DNA of 64,000 nucleotides from Negaprion brevirostris (lineage: Eukaryota), in NCBI GenBank assembly GCA_030324005.1, contig JARDVH010000059.1:65704132-65768131 (forward strand). The letters are read 5' to 3'. How positions within the stretch are numbered: the stretch's first letter is position 1; every line of letters starts with the position of its first letter. Made by a program: the position numbers and the translations under genes. The notes beneath the pieces are model-generated. The model was given only the letters and a program-made list of their open reading frames with translations. It searched no databases and had not been told where the DNA came from. This document shows, piece by piece, positions 24,650 through 37,270 of the stretch.

Positions 24650-25010
24650 CTTGATCATTGATGGCCCAGTATGTTGATTGCATCCTTCTCGCTGTGCCTA
24701 TCCTCCACCCCACGCTCTACCCTGATATCACCAGTCCCGTCGCTCTGTCCCTAGTTCCTTGCCCCAGGTCTTGCATGCATGCAACTCACATGCATGGGTT
24801 CCCACAGAGTTATGCCCTATGTGGGAAGCATTTAGCCCTTGGTGCCAGTACCATTCTGTGGTTTCTTGGGGGTCAAGTCCTGAAGATACAGAAGATGCAA
24901 AGAATGAAGGCATGATGAATGTTGTCAAAATGCTGGGTGTTGACCTGCCTGATGTGCTGAATGTGGGTTACACACCAACTGGACATTGAGGAAGTTTAGC
25001 CCTTTGCAGT
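24650..25010 (-). mobile_element. PIF/Harbinger transposase fossil
   Basis: Minus-strand FLNVQLVCN..[frameshift]..HIRQVNTQHFDNIHHAFIL resembles the Harbinger DDE segment (NVQLVCD...PGSxHDAFIL). Confidence 0.55.
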
Positions 25011-25049
25011 TGCAGTATATCTCAGAATTGACATCACTTTACAGGCTCT

Positions 25050-25204
25050 GCATGTATGTCTGATCGAACTCTCCATTCGCCTGACGAAGAGGGTAACCTC
25101 GAAAGCTAGTGAATTTACTATCAAATAAATCAGTTGGACTTAAACCTGGTGTGGTCAGACTTTTTACTGTGTTTACCCCAGTCCAACACCGGCATATCCA
25201 CATC
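25050..25204 (+). mobile_element. Penelope-like element terminal (pLTR) fragment
   Basis: Hammerhead core followed by caaataaa...gttggact...aacctggtgt...ccacatc tail shared with 16117, 17409, 46640 and 47814. Confidence 0.6.
25075..25114 (+). ncRNA. Minimal type I hammerhead ribozyme motif within a Penelope-like pLTR fragment
   Basis: ATTCGC-CTGACGA-A-GAGG(GTAA)CCTC-GAAA-GC-TA-GTGAAT: stem I, conserved core, stem II with GNRA loop, and palindromic AGCT in place of stem III. Confidence 0.65.
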
Positions 25205-25387
25205 AATGCACCTTAAACCATGAGGAAGCCTTTTATCATGGTGAAAGTCGAACAGTCATTCCACTTGCTTCCCTTTGTTAAAAAAACACATGCAGTGTTC
25301 TCCCTTCTCTTCACATATGCAGCATCAGTGATGCAACTGTGGTCAGACAACTACAAGATGTTGGAAATGTCACTAATCCAGTTTGAT

Positions 25388-25605
25388 AGGAGCCTGACAC
25401 ACCCTCAGTCAGCTCTGAGGCTTGAGTACTGCTTGCAAGAGGTGGCAGATTTCAGTAAGTACTTCTTTAATGAAACAGATATCACATTCATTTCATTCTG
25501 CCACAGCAAGGATCAAAGAATTTGCCTGCAACTCTGGTTGGATGAGGAGCCTGACACACCCTCAGTCAGCTCTGAGGCTTGAGTACTGCTTGCAAGAGGT
25601 GGCAG
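25388..25605 (+). repeat. Exact 61-bp direct repeat (25388-25448, 25545-25605)
   Basis: aggagcctgacacaccctcagtcagctctgaggcttgagtactgcttgcaagaggtggcag occurs twice. Confidence 0.9.
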
Positions 25606-26194
25606 CTAGTCCTTCTCTGCGACACTGATGTTTTTCTTGTCATGTGACAAACCAAGGGTAATACACTACAGAACCCATGGTTTGAGAGCAAGTGATCTGT
25701 GCAAAACTCTTCCAGTAAAAAAACAATATCTTTAGCCATATACAACACCTCTCCCTGTTATCTTTGCCTCCTCCTAAGGGACTCGGCAAACTTCCAAATA
25801 CTACTAGCTCAGCATGAACCAGTAGAAATCAATCAGCAATTTAACTCCCAAACATATAATCGATCCATTTAAAGAGTGCTGGTTCATCAATTGAGCACAT
25901 CAATGGCACAAGATTAACATACGAACATATGAATTGAGAGCAGGAGTAGGCCATTCAGACTTTTGAACCTCTCCATCGTTCAAAATTTGTATCTAATTCA
26001 TAGTCCCCACAAGAGAGACATACAAGATCCAAGCTGACAAGAAAAGGCATTGCACCCCATCTTGGGCTTGATCCGATGCCAAAATTATCTCAAAAGGTTG
26101 CCATTTTGCTCTAGACTTTGCCTGTTCTTCTTGTGGTAGTTGTTGTACGGTATTGGTTAATATTTGATACGTCTGAAGAAATCTTCACAGTCAC

Positions 26195-26406
26195 ATGCTG
26201 GAAATCTGAAATAAAAGCACAAAATACTGGATAAACTCAGCAGGTCTGGCAGCATCTGTGGAGACTAAAAACAGGGTTAACGTTTTGAATCCAAATGACT
26301 CTTTTACAGAGCAGTTCTGTAGAATAGCCATATGGACGCAAAACATTAATTCTGTTTGTCTCTCCATATATGCTGCCAGACCTGTTGAGTTTATCCAGCA
26401 TTTTTC
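26195..26406. mobile_element. Fold-back Penelope-like fragment (second family)
   Basis: ~90-bp imperfect inverted arms (ctggataaactcagcaggtctggcagcat / atgctgccagacctgttgagtttatccag); near-TSD ATCTTCACAGTCAC/ATCTTTACAGTCAT. Confidence 0.6.
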
Positions 26407-27345
26407 ATCTTTACAGTCATACGTAGGCCTACCATTGTATTTTATTAACTCTTAGAACTGTGTACAAATATACTGGTAAAGGGTACTAGCTAGGAGCTGT
26501 CTCCATGCTTGCTGGTCCACAAGGCACTGTCCAACACCAGAATGACCCCAGCTGTGGGTCACCTGCTCTCGCATCACTGTGTGGACAGTACTGTTATTTC
26601 ACAATAACCACCATATATATATCAGATCAAATTTTTTTTGCAAAAAATGTATTTTATTTGTAAAATATCTCATCGAATGTTGCAAATGTTTCAAAGTGGC
26701 CATCACACAAAGTGCAGTAATATTCAGATTTGCTAGATACATCATATTGCACTTGATGCTTCGATACTATTGTGGGTGTGCCAGACCCAAATTCTGGAGT
26801 GATCTCTGCCTCTGGCAACAGCGTACCCACAATGCCATCTAATATAGCGCACTTCAGAAAAGTCCATGCATATTTTGGATGTGAAATTGCATTGCATAAC
26901 TGAATTTTGCACCAATTACCTATCTGTCCATAGTTCGCATAAAGCGTAAATGCTTTTACAATAATTAAGCAATAAGAATATGGGGGTCATTAGTGGCTCA
27001 ATGTTATGAATATTTCCTATCATCATTTAAGTACATATTTGTCTGTGCTTGCCAGTTTACTTTAACATTGCAATTTTTGAAGCTTCTAGCCAACGTTTGA
27101 AAGTAAATGGTCACTTGTGTTAATTGCTGGAGTGGTTACCAGGTTATTGAAATTATAGTTTGATTATTTGATTGTTTACATTTTAAATAAATTTGTAAAT
27201 GCTATAAACTCAAAAGAAAATGTTGCAAACTCTGAGCGGGTTACTCAGCATCTGTAAAGAGGCAAGTGAATGGAAAGAGCCTTCCTCAGAACTCGGGAAA
27301 GTTTTTACACCCAAATGTTACCCTGACTTCTGCTACAGATGGTGA

Positions 27346-27558
<213 letters not shown>

Positions 27559-27649
27559 TGACATGTAATTTAGATCTGTTTTACCGTATTTAGTGATTTG
27601 CATGAAAATCTTTATTTTGCGATGCAGGTTAAATATACGTGTAGAACAT

Positions 27650-28375
27650 TTATAGCACAGGATGAGGTAATTCAGCCCATCATGTCTCTGCCAGCTCAAT
27701 GCAAGAGCAATACACCTCAAACCATTTCCCAGCTTTTGCCTATAGCCCTGCATTTTTTTTCCTTTTCAGATAATTAATCAACTCTCTTTTGAAGGCCATA
27801 ATAGAATGTACCTCCAACAAAATCGGGCAGTGCATTTCAGATTCTAACCATGACTTAGTTTTTTAGAAATGGTTTCCTCATCACCATTTTGTTTTTGCCT
27901 ATCATTTTAATTAAGTGACATCAGTTTCTCAATCCTTCCACCAATAGGAAAAGTTTCATCTTCTTTCCCCTATCCAAACCCTTCATGATTTTGAGCACTT
28001 CTATCAAATTTCCTCTCTGCTCTAAGTAAAACAACCTTAGTTTCTCCAGTAACTGATGTTCCTCATCCCTGGAACTCGTGAATTTTTTCTTCACCTTCTA
28101 ATGTCCAAATACACTACATCAACAACATTTTCCCCTTAGTAACCCTCCTGGGTACCTCATCAGAATACTCTATCAAATTATTTAAATGTGATGTTTCTTT
28201 AACAAATTACTGCTTTGTCCACAATTTTCCACATGACACTTAATTTTGTCCCAGATTATAGCTTTGAAAAACTTTCTCATCAATTGGGTTAAACTGACTG
28301 GTTTGTAGTTTCTGAACTTGGCCGTACTCCCCTTTTTGAACAAGCGAGTTGCAATTTGAAATTCCCCAGGCCTTC
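27650..28375 (-). mobile_element. CR1 LINE 3' fragments
   Basis: cccttcatgattttgagcacttctatcaaat; gttaaactgactggtttgtagtt. Confidence 0.65.
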
Positions 28376-29299
28376 TGAGAGAGAGGGAATGCCACTGCTT
28401 TCTTCTGACAGTTCAGACAGCGACTGCTTATATTTTAAAAATTAAACTGAAACAGCATTTCTTCCTTGCAAGCTTAGCTCCTCCCATTAACCATATAACT
28501 CTGTACACCTAGCTGGAGATCCCTGGAGACCCTAAATAAAAGGTCCATTAACTCTACGAAGGAATGCATCCCTAGCTAAAATCAATTATTAGCTTGCATT
28601 CTTTGTGTCTGCTACATGTTTACCAGATAATCAACTCTTGTAGCAAAACAATGCCTCTTTAAATACAAAATACAGTGAAGTGGCACGGTACCATCTTACT
28701 GTGGCCTGAATTTTACACTACCTCCCCTCCTACCTAAGCAGGTTTTGAGATGGGTGGGGAATGCTGAAATTGGATGGGATTCCTTCATGGGNNNNNNNNN
28801 NCTTCCAAGTGCAGATGGATTGCCCCTTGTTCTTTCCATTATTAACCTAAACCTTTTTAATACTGTGGTCACTGCCCTCTAAATATTCCTTCTATCGTCA
28901 CCGATCCACCAATCTCAGTCCACAGAACCAGATCATGAAATGCTTCCTTCCTTGTTGGACCAGAAACATAGCGTAGAAAGTTACCTTGAACACATTCATA
29001 AGTTATTCCTCCTCTTTACCCTTTACATTATTACTTTCCAGGTCTATATTGCGATCATTAAAACTCCCCACTTAAATTACTTATGGTTTTTGCACCTCCC
29101 TGTAATTCCTGAGCAAATTTACTTCTCTATATCTTTCCTACTAGTTTGCAGCCTATTGAATACAGTATAATGGTAAATTTTCCTTGTATTCAGAATTAGT
29201 TACTAACCAGTCCTTCTATCAAACCTTATCTCCATTCTCATCGCAAAATCATATTCCCATGTGTACACCTATGCAAAAAGCTCACCACCTTATCANNNN

Positions 29300-30330
29300 N
29301 NNNNNGGCTCCATGGATTTATATATATGCATTATAAACTTAATTTGGACTTATTTCATTTCTCTTTTAGTCCATCTGATGTCTTGCTGTTTCTTTTTCTA
29401 AGTCTTTATGTAGTCTGTGTCTCTTAATCCTTTGTGCACCTTGTTTTTCCTTTCTAATGTTTTGCTGTAGTTCCCATCATCTTGTAAAGTTTGTTTAAAC
29501 CATCAGACCCCTATAGCACAAGCAAACCACTCTACAAGGCCATTGGTCCCAGTCTTGAGTTGCAATATGTTCAGCTTGTATGATTCCCACTTCCCCAGAA
29601 ACAGTCCCATTGCCCCAAAAATCAGTAGCCCTCCTTCCTTTACGATATATCCATCCAAGCATCTATAGTCACTTGCATATGGCACTGGGAGTAATCAGAA
29701 GATTACAACCTTTTGAGGTGGTGCTTGCTAGTCTCCTTCCTAGTTTCCTAAAATATGCCTCTGGTAGTCGTTCTTCCCTCACCACCACCTCTCCTTTCAG
29801 AGTGCTTAGCAGCTGCTCAATGTTAACCTTGATCCTAACATCAGGAAAGCAGTGTGCCATGCTGGATTTGTCTGCAATCACAGAAATGCCTGTTTTTTAC
29901 CCCTGAGTATAGAATTCCTACTATTGCTTTCCCATCTTCTTCATGCCCCCACCCCCTAGCCGGTCGTGGTGCCATGGATTTGGTCTGGCTGCACTCCCCA
30001 GAGAAACCATCACTGTCACCAGTGCACAGAACTGAGTTTTGGTGAGAAAACACAATGCACTCATGTAACTCTTACACTCCATGCCTGGTCCTTGTCTACC
30101 TAGTCACCCATTTCCTCAATGCCTGTATTTTCTTAAACTGCAGGGTGAGCATATCCAGAACCATGGTATCCATTACATTCTCAATCTCACAGAAGAATGG
30201 CAGTGGCTCCAGCTCTGAAACCAGGGCTCAGCTGTTCCAACTGCTGACAATTCCTGCTCATGTGGTTGTTCAGAATCTGAGAAGCATCCTGGAATTCCCA
30301 CATGGGTAAGAATATGCCATTCGACAGGAT
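29300..30330 (-). mobile_element. CR1 ORF1 (zinc knuckle/esterase) fossil
   Basis: Minus-strand HCFPDVRIKVNIEQL..KGE and AIVGI peptides; counterpart of the + copy at 35380. Confidence 0.6.
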
Positions 30331-31539
30331 GAAATGCCCACCACGGCTCTGTTTATTGGAATATTAACGGGCTTAACAGAAATAACCCTAATTTTTAAAT
30401 TAATAAAGGCTCACCAGCTACTTGCCTTTAGCTGCTTTCCTTGTCCTATATAACTTGCATGTTTTTACTTGTCTTATTATTGATATACTTATGATTTACT
30501 GAAAAATTCAGAATCATTAATGTTGTTATTTAAACTTTATCTTCCTACATTTGATTAACTTATTAAATATTTATTGCAATCGATAAATTATCAAAGTGGC
30601 TTTAGTTTAGATACCAAATAATTTATTTAATCTTACTTTATTAATCTAAATTTAATGAAAAATTTGCTCACACCAAGTGACTTCTGTGCTGTAATGTAAC
30701 TTTGCAATTTATCCCTGCTGTGTTTTTAGGCTGCCTTTTGTCCTTGCTGTGTTGTCAGGCTAAATCTATTGACCACAGTGAAAATTGTTTGGGTGTGAAT
30801 GAGCAAAGATTCGTGGATGGATCTCCATTTCTTTTGGGATGGGTGCACTGCATGATGTTGACCATTTAAAATATTTGGTGAATCATCAAGCCTGTCAGTT
30901 GAAGCAAAATGGATAACTGAAGTGAAGATGCAATGTGGCAACAGAACACAATTTTAAAAGAATAACTTGGGAACTTGAAATTTTCCTTTATAAAAAGTGG
31001 ATAAATGCCTATATTCCATTGTAGTTGAGAATGTGCCTTTTAAAATGAGTAAATTTTGAGATTCAAATTTATATGAATCATTTAATTAAGGACAAAAATT
31101 AGCATTGTCTTTTTTCATTTTTTTAATAAGAACTTTGACCTCATGAGTACAATACTTTGGTCTGACATTCCCTCTATAAATAGTGAAGAACCAGTGCAAT
31201 CTAATTAAACACTCCCTACATAATCTACTATTTGAAGGATCCAATGGTTAACTCAGGATTTAATCAGGATGCTTCTGTCAGATTTTATATTTAGCTTACT
31301 GTGGGGAAATATTGGCCAATTTAACATGTTTAGTCCTTCCCCATACCAATTAGTTTCATGTGTATCTTTATAATGGACCTGAAAGATGGAGTGGAATATG
31401 GGCATGAGTTCAGCCCATTCCAAAACATTAAATCTTGAACTGGAGAAAACAATTGATTAATGATAACAAATCCATGATGAGGGTGTATTTCAATAAGAGG
31501 AAACAGCATTCTGGTAACTGTTTATTTCTTATATTTCAG

Positions 31540-31635
31540 TACCTTGCACCAGAAGTGCTCAAAAAACAACCTTATGATAATACAGTTGACTGGTGGTGTC
31601 TTGGCTCTGTTCTGTTTGAAATGCTGTATGGCCTG
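31540..31635 (+). CDS. SGK3: SGK3 coding exon 12
   Basis: ttcAG|TACCTT...GGCCTG|GTatgt; 96 nt, [32 protein letters not shown]. Confidence 0.96.
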
Positions 31636-31710
31636 GTATGTAATCTAGCTTGCGTAATCGGGTATTTTATTGAGCGCGTATCATACATTTTGAATCAAAT
31701 ATTCCACAAT

Positions 31711-31806
31711 TGGCAGCATGGTGGTTAGCACTGTTGCTTCACAGCTTCAGGGACCTAGGTTCAATTCCCAGCTTGGGTCACTGTCTGTGTGGAGTCTGCA
31801 CGTTCT
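31711..31806 (+). mobile_element. HE1-like SINE head, runs into gap
   Basis: ggcagcatggtggttagcactgttgcttcacagcttcagggacctaggttcaattcc. Confidence 0.8.
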
Positions 31807-32659
31807 NNNNNNNNNNNNNNNNNNNNNNNNNNNNNNNNNNNNNNNNNNNNNNNNNNNNNNNNNNNNNNNNNNNNNNNNNNNNNNNNNNNNNNNNNNNNNN
31901 NNNNNNGGAACAAAATGAGGGCAGTCCCATTTTGCTGGTCAGGAAAGACATTGGATGATGGTGTGATCAGCAATGCTGAAGTCTTAAAAAAATTAAGGAA
32001 ATAAAAATATTTATAATACACCATGATCTTTGCCACAAATGAAATCTTTCTGATTTTGCTTAGGACAAGTTTGACACTGTAAGCAGGGTGGAAACTTGAT
32101 TATGTGGTTCACTGGTGGGCTTTTTGTAGAGGATGATGGTCCTTTGGAAAGGGTGGAGAATAAAATTTCTCCAATGGAAAACAGATTTTCTGTGAAACTA
32201 ATTGTATTGTTGCTGATTGGAATTTAAAGTTATCGTATGAAACACAGCACCAGAGATAAAAAAAAGTTATGCTGAACACATCTATTGCTAATTGTATTGC
32301 TTTATTTAGAGAAAGATGACCTCAAATCAAATGTTGGCAGTCAGAGTATAAGTGTGAATAGTGATCAGATCTTTATTGTACTTCCTTTACTAATCTTTAG
32401 AAATAGTAATTATTTTGAGCACTTCTAAAAATAGTTATTTCCTTAACCTTTATAGCAATGGAAACTTCTTTATTTGGTGTACTTTCTGGACATTATTAAG
32501 ATGAATTTTTGACTTATTTTCAAAGAAAACTTCAGTAAATTGATCATTGGTAATTTCGACAATAGCCTCAAGGTTCCTCATTTTTAAAAAAATACAAACT
32601 CTGCCTTCAGTTGGTTATTTAATACTCCATTTCAAGAATGGACTGGAGGATTAATCTAT

Positions 32660-33565
32660 TAACGAATGATTAGCAAGTTTGCAGACAACGCAAATGTTGG
32701 TGGAATTGCGGATAGTAATGAGGACCATCAGAGGATACAATGGGATTTAAATCGGTTGGAGACTTGGGCAGAGAGGTGATAGATGGAATTTAATCCAGAC
32801 AAATGTGAGGCAGTGCATTTTGAAGGGTCTAATACAGATGGGAAATATACAGTAAATGGCAGAAACCTTAAGAGTATTGATAGGCAGACAGATCTGGGAG
32901 TACAGGTATACAGGTCACTGAAAGTGGCAATGCAGGTGGAAAAGGTAGTCAAGAAGGCATACGGCATGTTTGCCTTCATCGGCTGGGACACTGAGTTTAA
33001 AAATTGGTAAAGTCATGTTGCAGCTTTATAGAATCTTAGTTAGGCCGCACTTGAAATATAGTGTTCAATTCTGGTTGCCACATTACCAGAAGGATGTGGA
33101 GGCTTTGGAGAGGTACAGAAAAGATTTACCAGGATGTTGCCTGGTATGGAGGGCATTGAGGAGAGGTTGGAGAAACTTGATTTGTTCTCACTGGAAAGAG
33201 GTTGAGGGGTGACCTGATAGAAATCTACAAGATTATGAGGGGCGTGGATAGAATGAATTACCAAAAACTTTTTCCCAGGGTAGCTGATTCAATTACTAGG
33301 GGCATAGATTTAAGGTGTGAAGGGCAAGGTTTAAAGGAGATGTACGAGGCAAGTATTTTTTACACAGAGGGTGGTGGGTGTCTGGAACTCATCACTGGGG
33401 CAGGTAGTGGAAGCAGATACGATAGTGATTTTTAACGGGCATCTTGACAATTACATGAATAGGATGGGACTGGAGGGATATGGTCCCAGGAAGAATAGAG
33501 AGTNNNNNNNNNNGCTTGGTCGGCCAAAGGGCCTTTTCCTGTGCTGTAATTTTCTTTGTTCTTTG
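32660..33565 (+). mobile_element. CR1/HER1-type LINE 3' part
   Basis: MEFNPDKCEAVHF; LYRILVRPHLKYSVQFW; LRGDLIEIYKIM. Confidence 0.9.
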
Positions 33566-34222
33566 GATAGATATTTGTTTGTGATCAAGAACTAAAGCAG
33601 ACATGATTGGCACAATGTTCACTTTCTGTGCTGTTAAATGGTTCTATAGACAATATATCTGGTATGAAAAATGGTAAGAATATTAGCTGAAAAGGAACAG
33701 CACTATAATTAACATTAAAACTTGATGACAGGGAGAACTTTGTTCCTTCTTGTAGCTGCTCCAATCAGGAGATTGCTTGTCTTGGTACTTCCCATGACTA
33801 ACTTATGTGTGAGCTCCCAGGATCCCAGACTCTTCACAGGTGACTGATCATGTGTCTTATACATGGCATGGCTGTGCCCTGATTGTGTGGCACACTTTGG
33901 TGATATCCACCTTCTGAGCCATTCTCCTACTACTTAGTAGTGTCCCTCGCACTCACCAGCCATTGTCAGTCTACAATTTACATTTGTAGGGGTGATGTCC
34001 CCACAACACAGCCAAAGCTAATTGGCCTCCTCACTTAGATTTTTGCATGATGTCAAGTCAGGATCCTGGAGTATGGTCACTGGTAAGCGTAACCAACCAT
34101 CTGGAATTATGAGTTAAAGTTGAAGAGTTGTAAAACATCATTCCCCTACCCATAAACCCTTTTAATCTGAGTATGTGGCTTGACAAGGGATCAAGGGATC
34201 TAGACCTCACAAATATCATAGA

Positions 34223-34540
34223 GTGGCATGGTAGCACAGTGGTTAGTACTGCTGCTTCACACCTCCAGGGACCTGGGTTCGATTCCTGGCTTGGGTCACT
34301 GTCTGTGTAGAGTCTGCGTGGGCTTCCTCCGGGTACTCCGGTTTCCTCCCACAGTCCAAAGATGTGCGGGTTAGGTTGATTGGCTATGCCAAAAGTTGCC
34401 CTGAGATGCGTAGGTTAGAGGGATTAGTGGGTAAATATGTAGGGATATGGGGGTCGGGCCTGGGTGGGATTGTGGTCGGTGCAGAGTCAATGGGCCAAAT
34501 GATCTCTTTCTGCACTGTAGGGGATTCTATGATTCTACGA
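34223..34540 (+). mobile_element. HE1-like tRNA V-SINE, near full length
   Basis: tRNA head, ccggtttcctcccacagtccaaagatgtg V domain and gattctatgattcta tail. Confidence 0.88.
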
Positions 34541-35083
34541 ATAAATTAAATAGAATGAAGTCCATTGTTTTCAGACTACTGTATATTGCATTCAATAATG
34601 TAGTCCATAGTACTCACACTTTAGAACTCAAATCCTGTCATGGCCATTTGTAAAAATTGACTAGCACAAGAAAAGCTGACTATAAAGCAGACAGATTTTT
34701 ATTAAAAATACAACTTGTTGATTACTTCATGGAAAGGATGCTGCCACTCTTACTTGGTCTAGTTGTTGTGATTCTACTTCATATTGTATGATTGGCTGTT
34801 AATGTTCTCCAATCTATATATGGTATTGGAAGCAGCTATAATATTCCACAGCAGAAAAAATAACTTGCATATCACTCTGGTAATCAGTCATGGGGGTCTA
34901 TGTCTAAAGTGACATAATTTGGTAAAGATACTAACTGCTTCCCTTAATGCCTGGGATATTCTGTACAGAGCCCAGAGAACAAATGAATTTCTGAGAGAAA
35001 GCAAAAATATTTTTTGAGTGGATAACAACAAATTGATTCAAAGGAAAATAAATAATTCAGAAAAACAATTTTTCTTTTTGCAG

Positions 35084-35239
35084 CCTCCTTTCTACAGTCG
35101 TGATACTGCTGAGATGTATGAATATATCCTTCACAAGCCATTGCATCTGAGACCTGGGGCAAGTAATGAAGCCTGTTCAATCCTGGAAGGTCTACTTGAA
35201 AAAGACAGGCAGAAAAGATTAGGAGCAAAGGAAGATTTT
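35084..35239 (+). CDS. SGK3: SGK3 coding exon 13 (PY motif PPFY)
   Basis: tgcAG|CCTCCT...GATTTT|GTaaga; 156 nt, [52 protein letters not shown]. Confidence 0.96.
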
Positions 35240-35379
35240 GTAAGAAGTTCTTGTAAATCCTTGAAATCATGCACCATTTTCTAGCATTTAGGATTATAAA
35301 CAAGGTTCTTCCTAACTCATAATATCTTGTACATCATAACAGCATTTAGTTTTGTAAGAAATAGTTTTTAAGCGTATGG

Positions 35380-36480
35380 TATGGCAGGTCAGTTTGGCTG
35401 AGAGAAATGTGCAGTCTGCGGTATGTGGGGAGTCATGGACTCACCATGCCTCCTAGTCGAACGCATCTGCAGGAAGTGTCAATGGCTGAGGAAGCGCGAG
35501 CTCCAGGTTTTTCTGAACTTGAGCAGTGGCTGGAATCATTGTTGGATATCTTAGAGCTATGTGGTTGACACATTTAGGGAAGTGGTCACACTGCAGATTA
35601 ACAGCATGCAGGCAGAGTGGAATGGGTGACCGCCTAGCAGTCTGAGATCCAGGCAGGTGGTGCAGGATCCCTTGAGTCTATCTTGCTTGCTAATGGATTT
35701 CCATTTTAGATACAGGTGAAGGTGATTGCTCCTTGGGGAAGTGCAGTTGGAATCAAGCCTGTGGTACCATCGGTGGCTCAGCTGCACGTTAAGGAAGGAA
35801 AAAGAATAGAAGATCAATCATGACAGAGGATTCCATAATTACAGGATCTGACAGGTGTTTCTGTGGCAATAAATGTGACTAGGATGGTGTGTTTTTTCCC
35901 CCCCAAGTGTCAGGGTCAGAGATGTCATGGAGCAGCTGCAGGACATTATTCTGGGGAGAGTGAAAAGCCAGAGGCCATGGTCCACATTTGTACTAATGAC
36001 ATAGACAACATAAGGTCCTGAAAGCAGATTTTAGGGAGTTAAGAAGGAAGTTAAAAACCTAAAGAACAGTGATGTCGGTATTAATTCCAATGCCACATGC
36101 TAATGAGCATAGGAATGGGAGGACTGAGCAATTGAACATTGGAGAATTGCTGTGGGAAGGAGAGCATATGGTTTCTGAGGCATTGTGACCTGTACGAGCT
36201 AAACAGGGTAAGATCTTAACAGATCTGGGACTAATATCCTCACAGGGAAATTTGCTACAGCTGTGGGATAAGCTTGGCTTTAAATTAGCTTGTTAGGGAG
36301 GTGGGAATCTGAAGACTAATCTGGAGAATAGTAAATTAATTGATGGAGTAAGGGGGAAAAAGTAATGTAGTCTAAATTAGGGTCATATAACATGTATGTG
36401 AATGCACAGAGTATAGATTAGGGAGTGACAGGCGCAGATTGCCATGTGGGATTATGATGTTGTGACAATAATGGAGACAT
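35380..36480 (+). mobile_element. CR1 ORF1 fossil (zinc finger plus SGNH esterase) running into the start of ORF2
   Basis: CAVCGM..CRKC; DSIITGSDRCFCG; VHICTNDID motifs of the CR1 ORF1 esterase, with stops and frameshifts. Confidence 0.7.
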
Positions 36481-36814
36481 GAACAAATTTACATGTAGAC
36501 TTTAAAGATCAAATAATTATCTGGCAAGTGGTTTATAGCCTGGTTTTTTGGTGATAATTTTCAAAATCCTCCTTGCAATGCCTAATCTAAATTTATTCAC
36601 AAATGTGTTGTGAAATTGAGAGTTGATATACTGATGTGAAAATTAACCTTCACTCTTGGACCATGGTTCTGAAGTAGTCTTTCCCTATAGCTGGATTTAA
36701 GTTCCAAATAGGGTCCTACAAACAGCAAGCAGTTCCCTTTTTTTTAAGTATAGTATCCGAAAGGCATATTAGCCAAGATGTTGGAAGGATTCTCTATCCT
36801 TTAAATACTTCTCA

Positions 36815-37270
36815 GAATCATAGAATGGTTACAGCATGGAGGAGGCCATTTGGCCCATATCTGTGCTGGGTCTCTGAATGAGCAACTCCTCTAATGCCAC
36901 TTCCTCACCTTCTCCCTGTAGCCCTTCACGTCCTTCATGATCAGATAGTCTGAGATCCCTTTTGAATGCCTCAATTGAATCTGCTTCTACCCCATTCAGG
37001 CCAGTGCTTTCTGGATCCTTATCAGTCACTGCGTGGAATAGATTTTTGACATGTTATCGCTGCTGCTCTCGCCAATTACCTTAAATTTGTTCCTCTTGTT
37101 TGTAATCCTTCTGCCAATGGGAACAATTCTTCCCTATTTACTGTATCCATAACCCTCATGATTTTGAATATTGCTATCAAACCTCCACTTAACCTTCTCT
37201 TTTTCAAGGAAACCAGTCCTAACATCTTGGAATTATCTATCTAACTGAAGTTATATCCATGGGATCTTTG
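36815..37270 (-). mobile_element. CR1 3' fragment
   Basis: atcatagaatggttacagcatggaggaggccatttggccc tail. Confidence 0.75.

Noticed and set aside
25388-25605. CRISPR-like repeat-spacer-repeat with internal hairpin
   Set aside because: Vertebrate intron, only two units, 61-bp repeat, no cas genes; explained by local duplication
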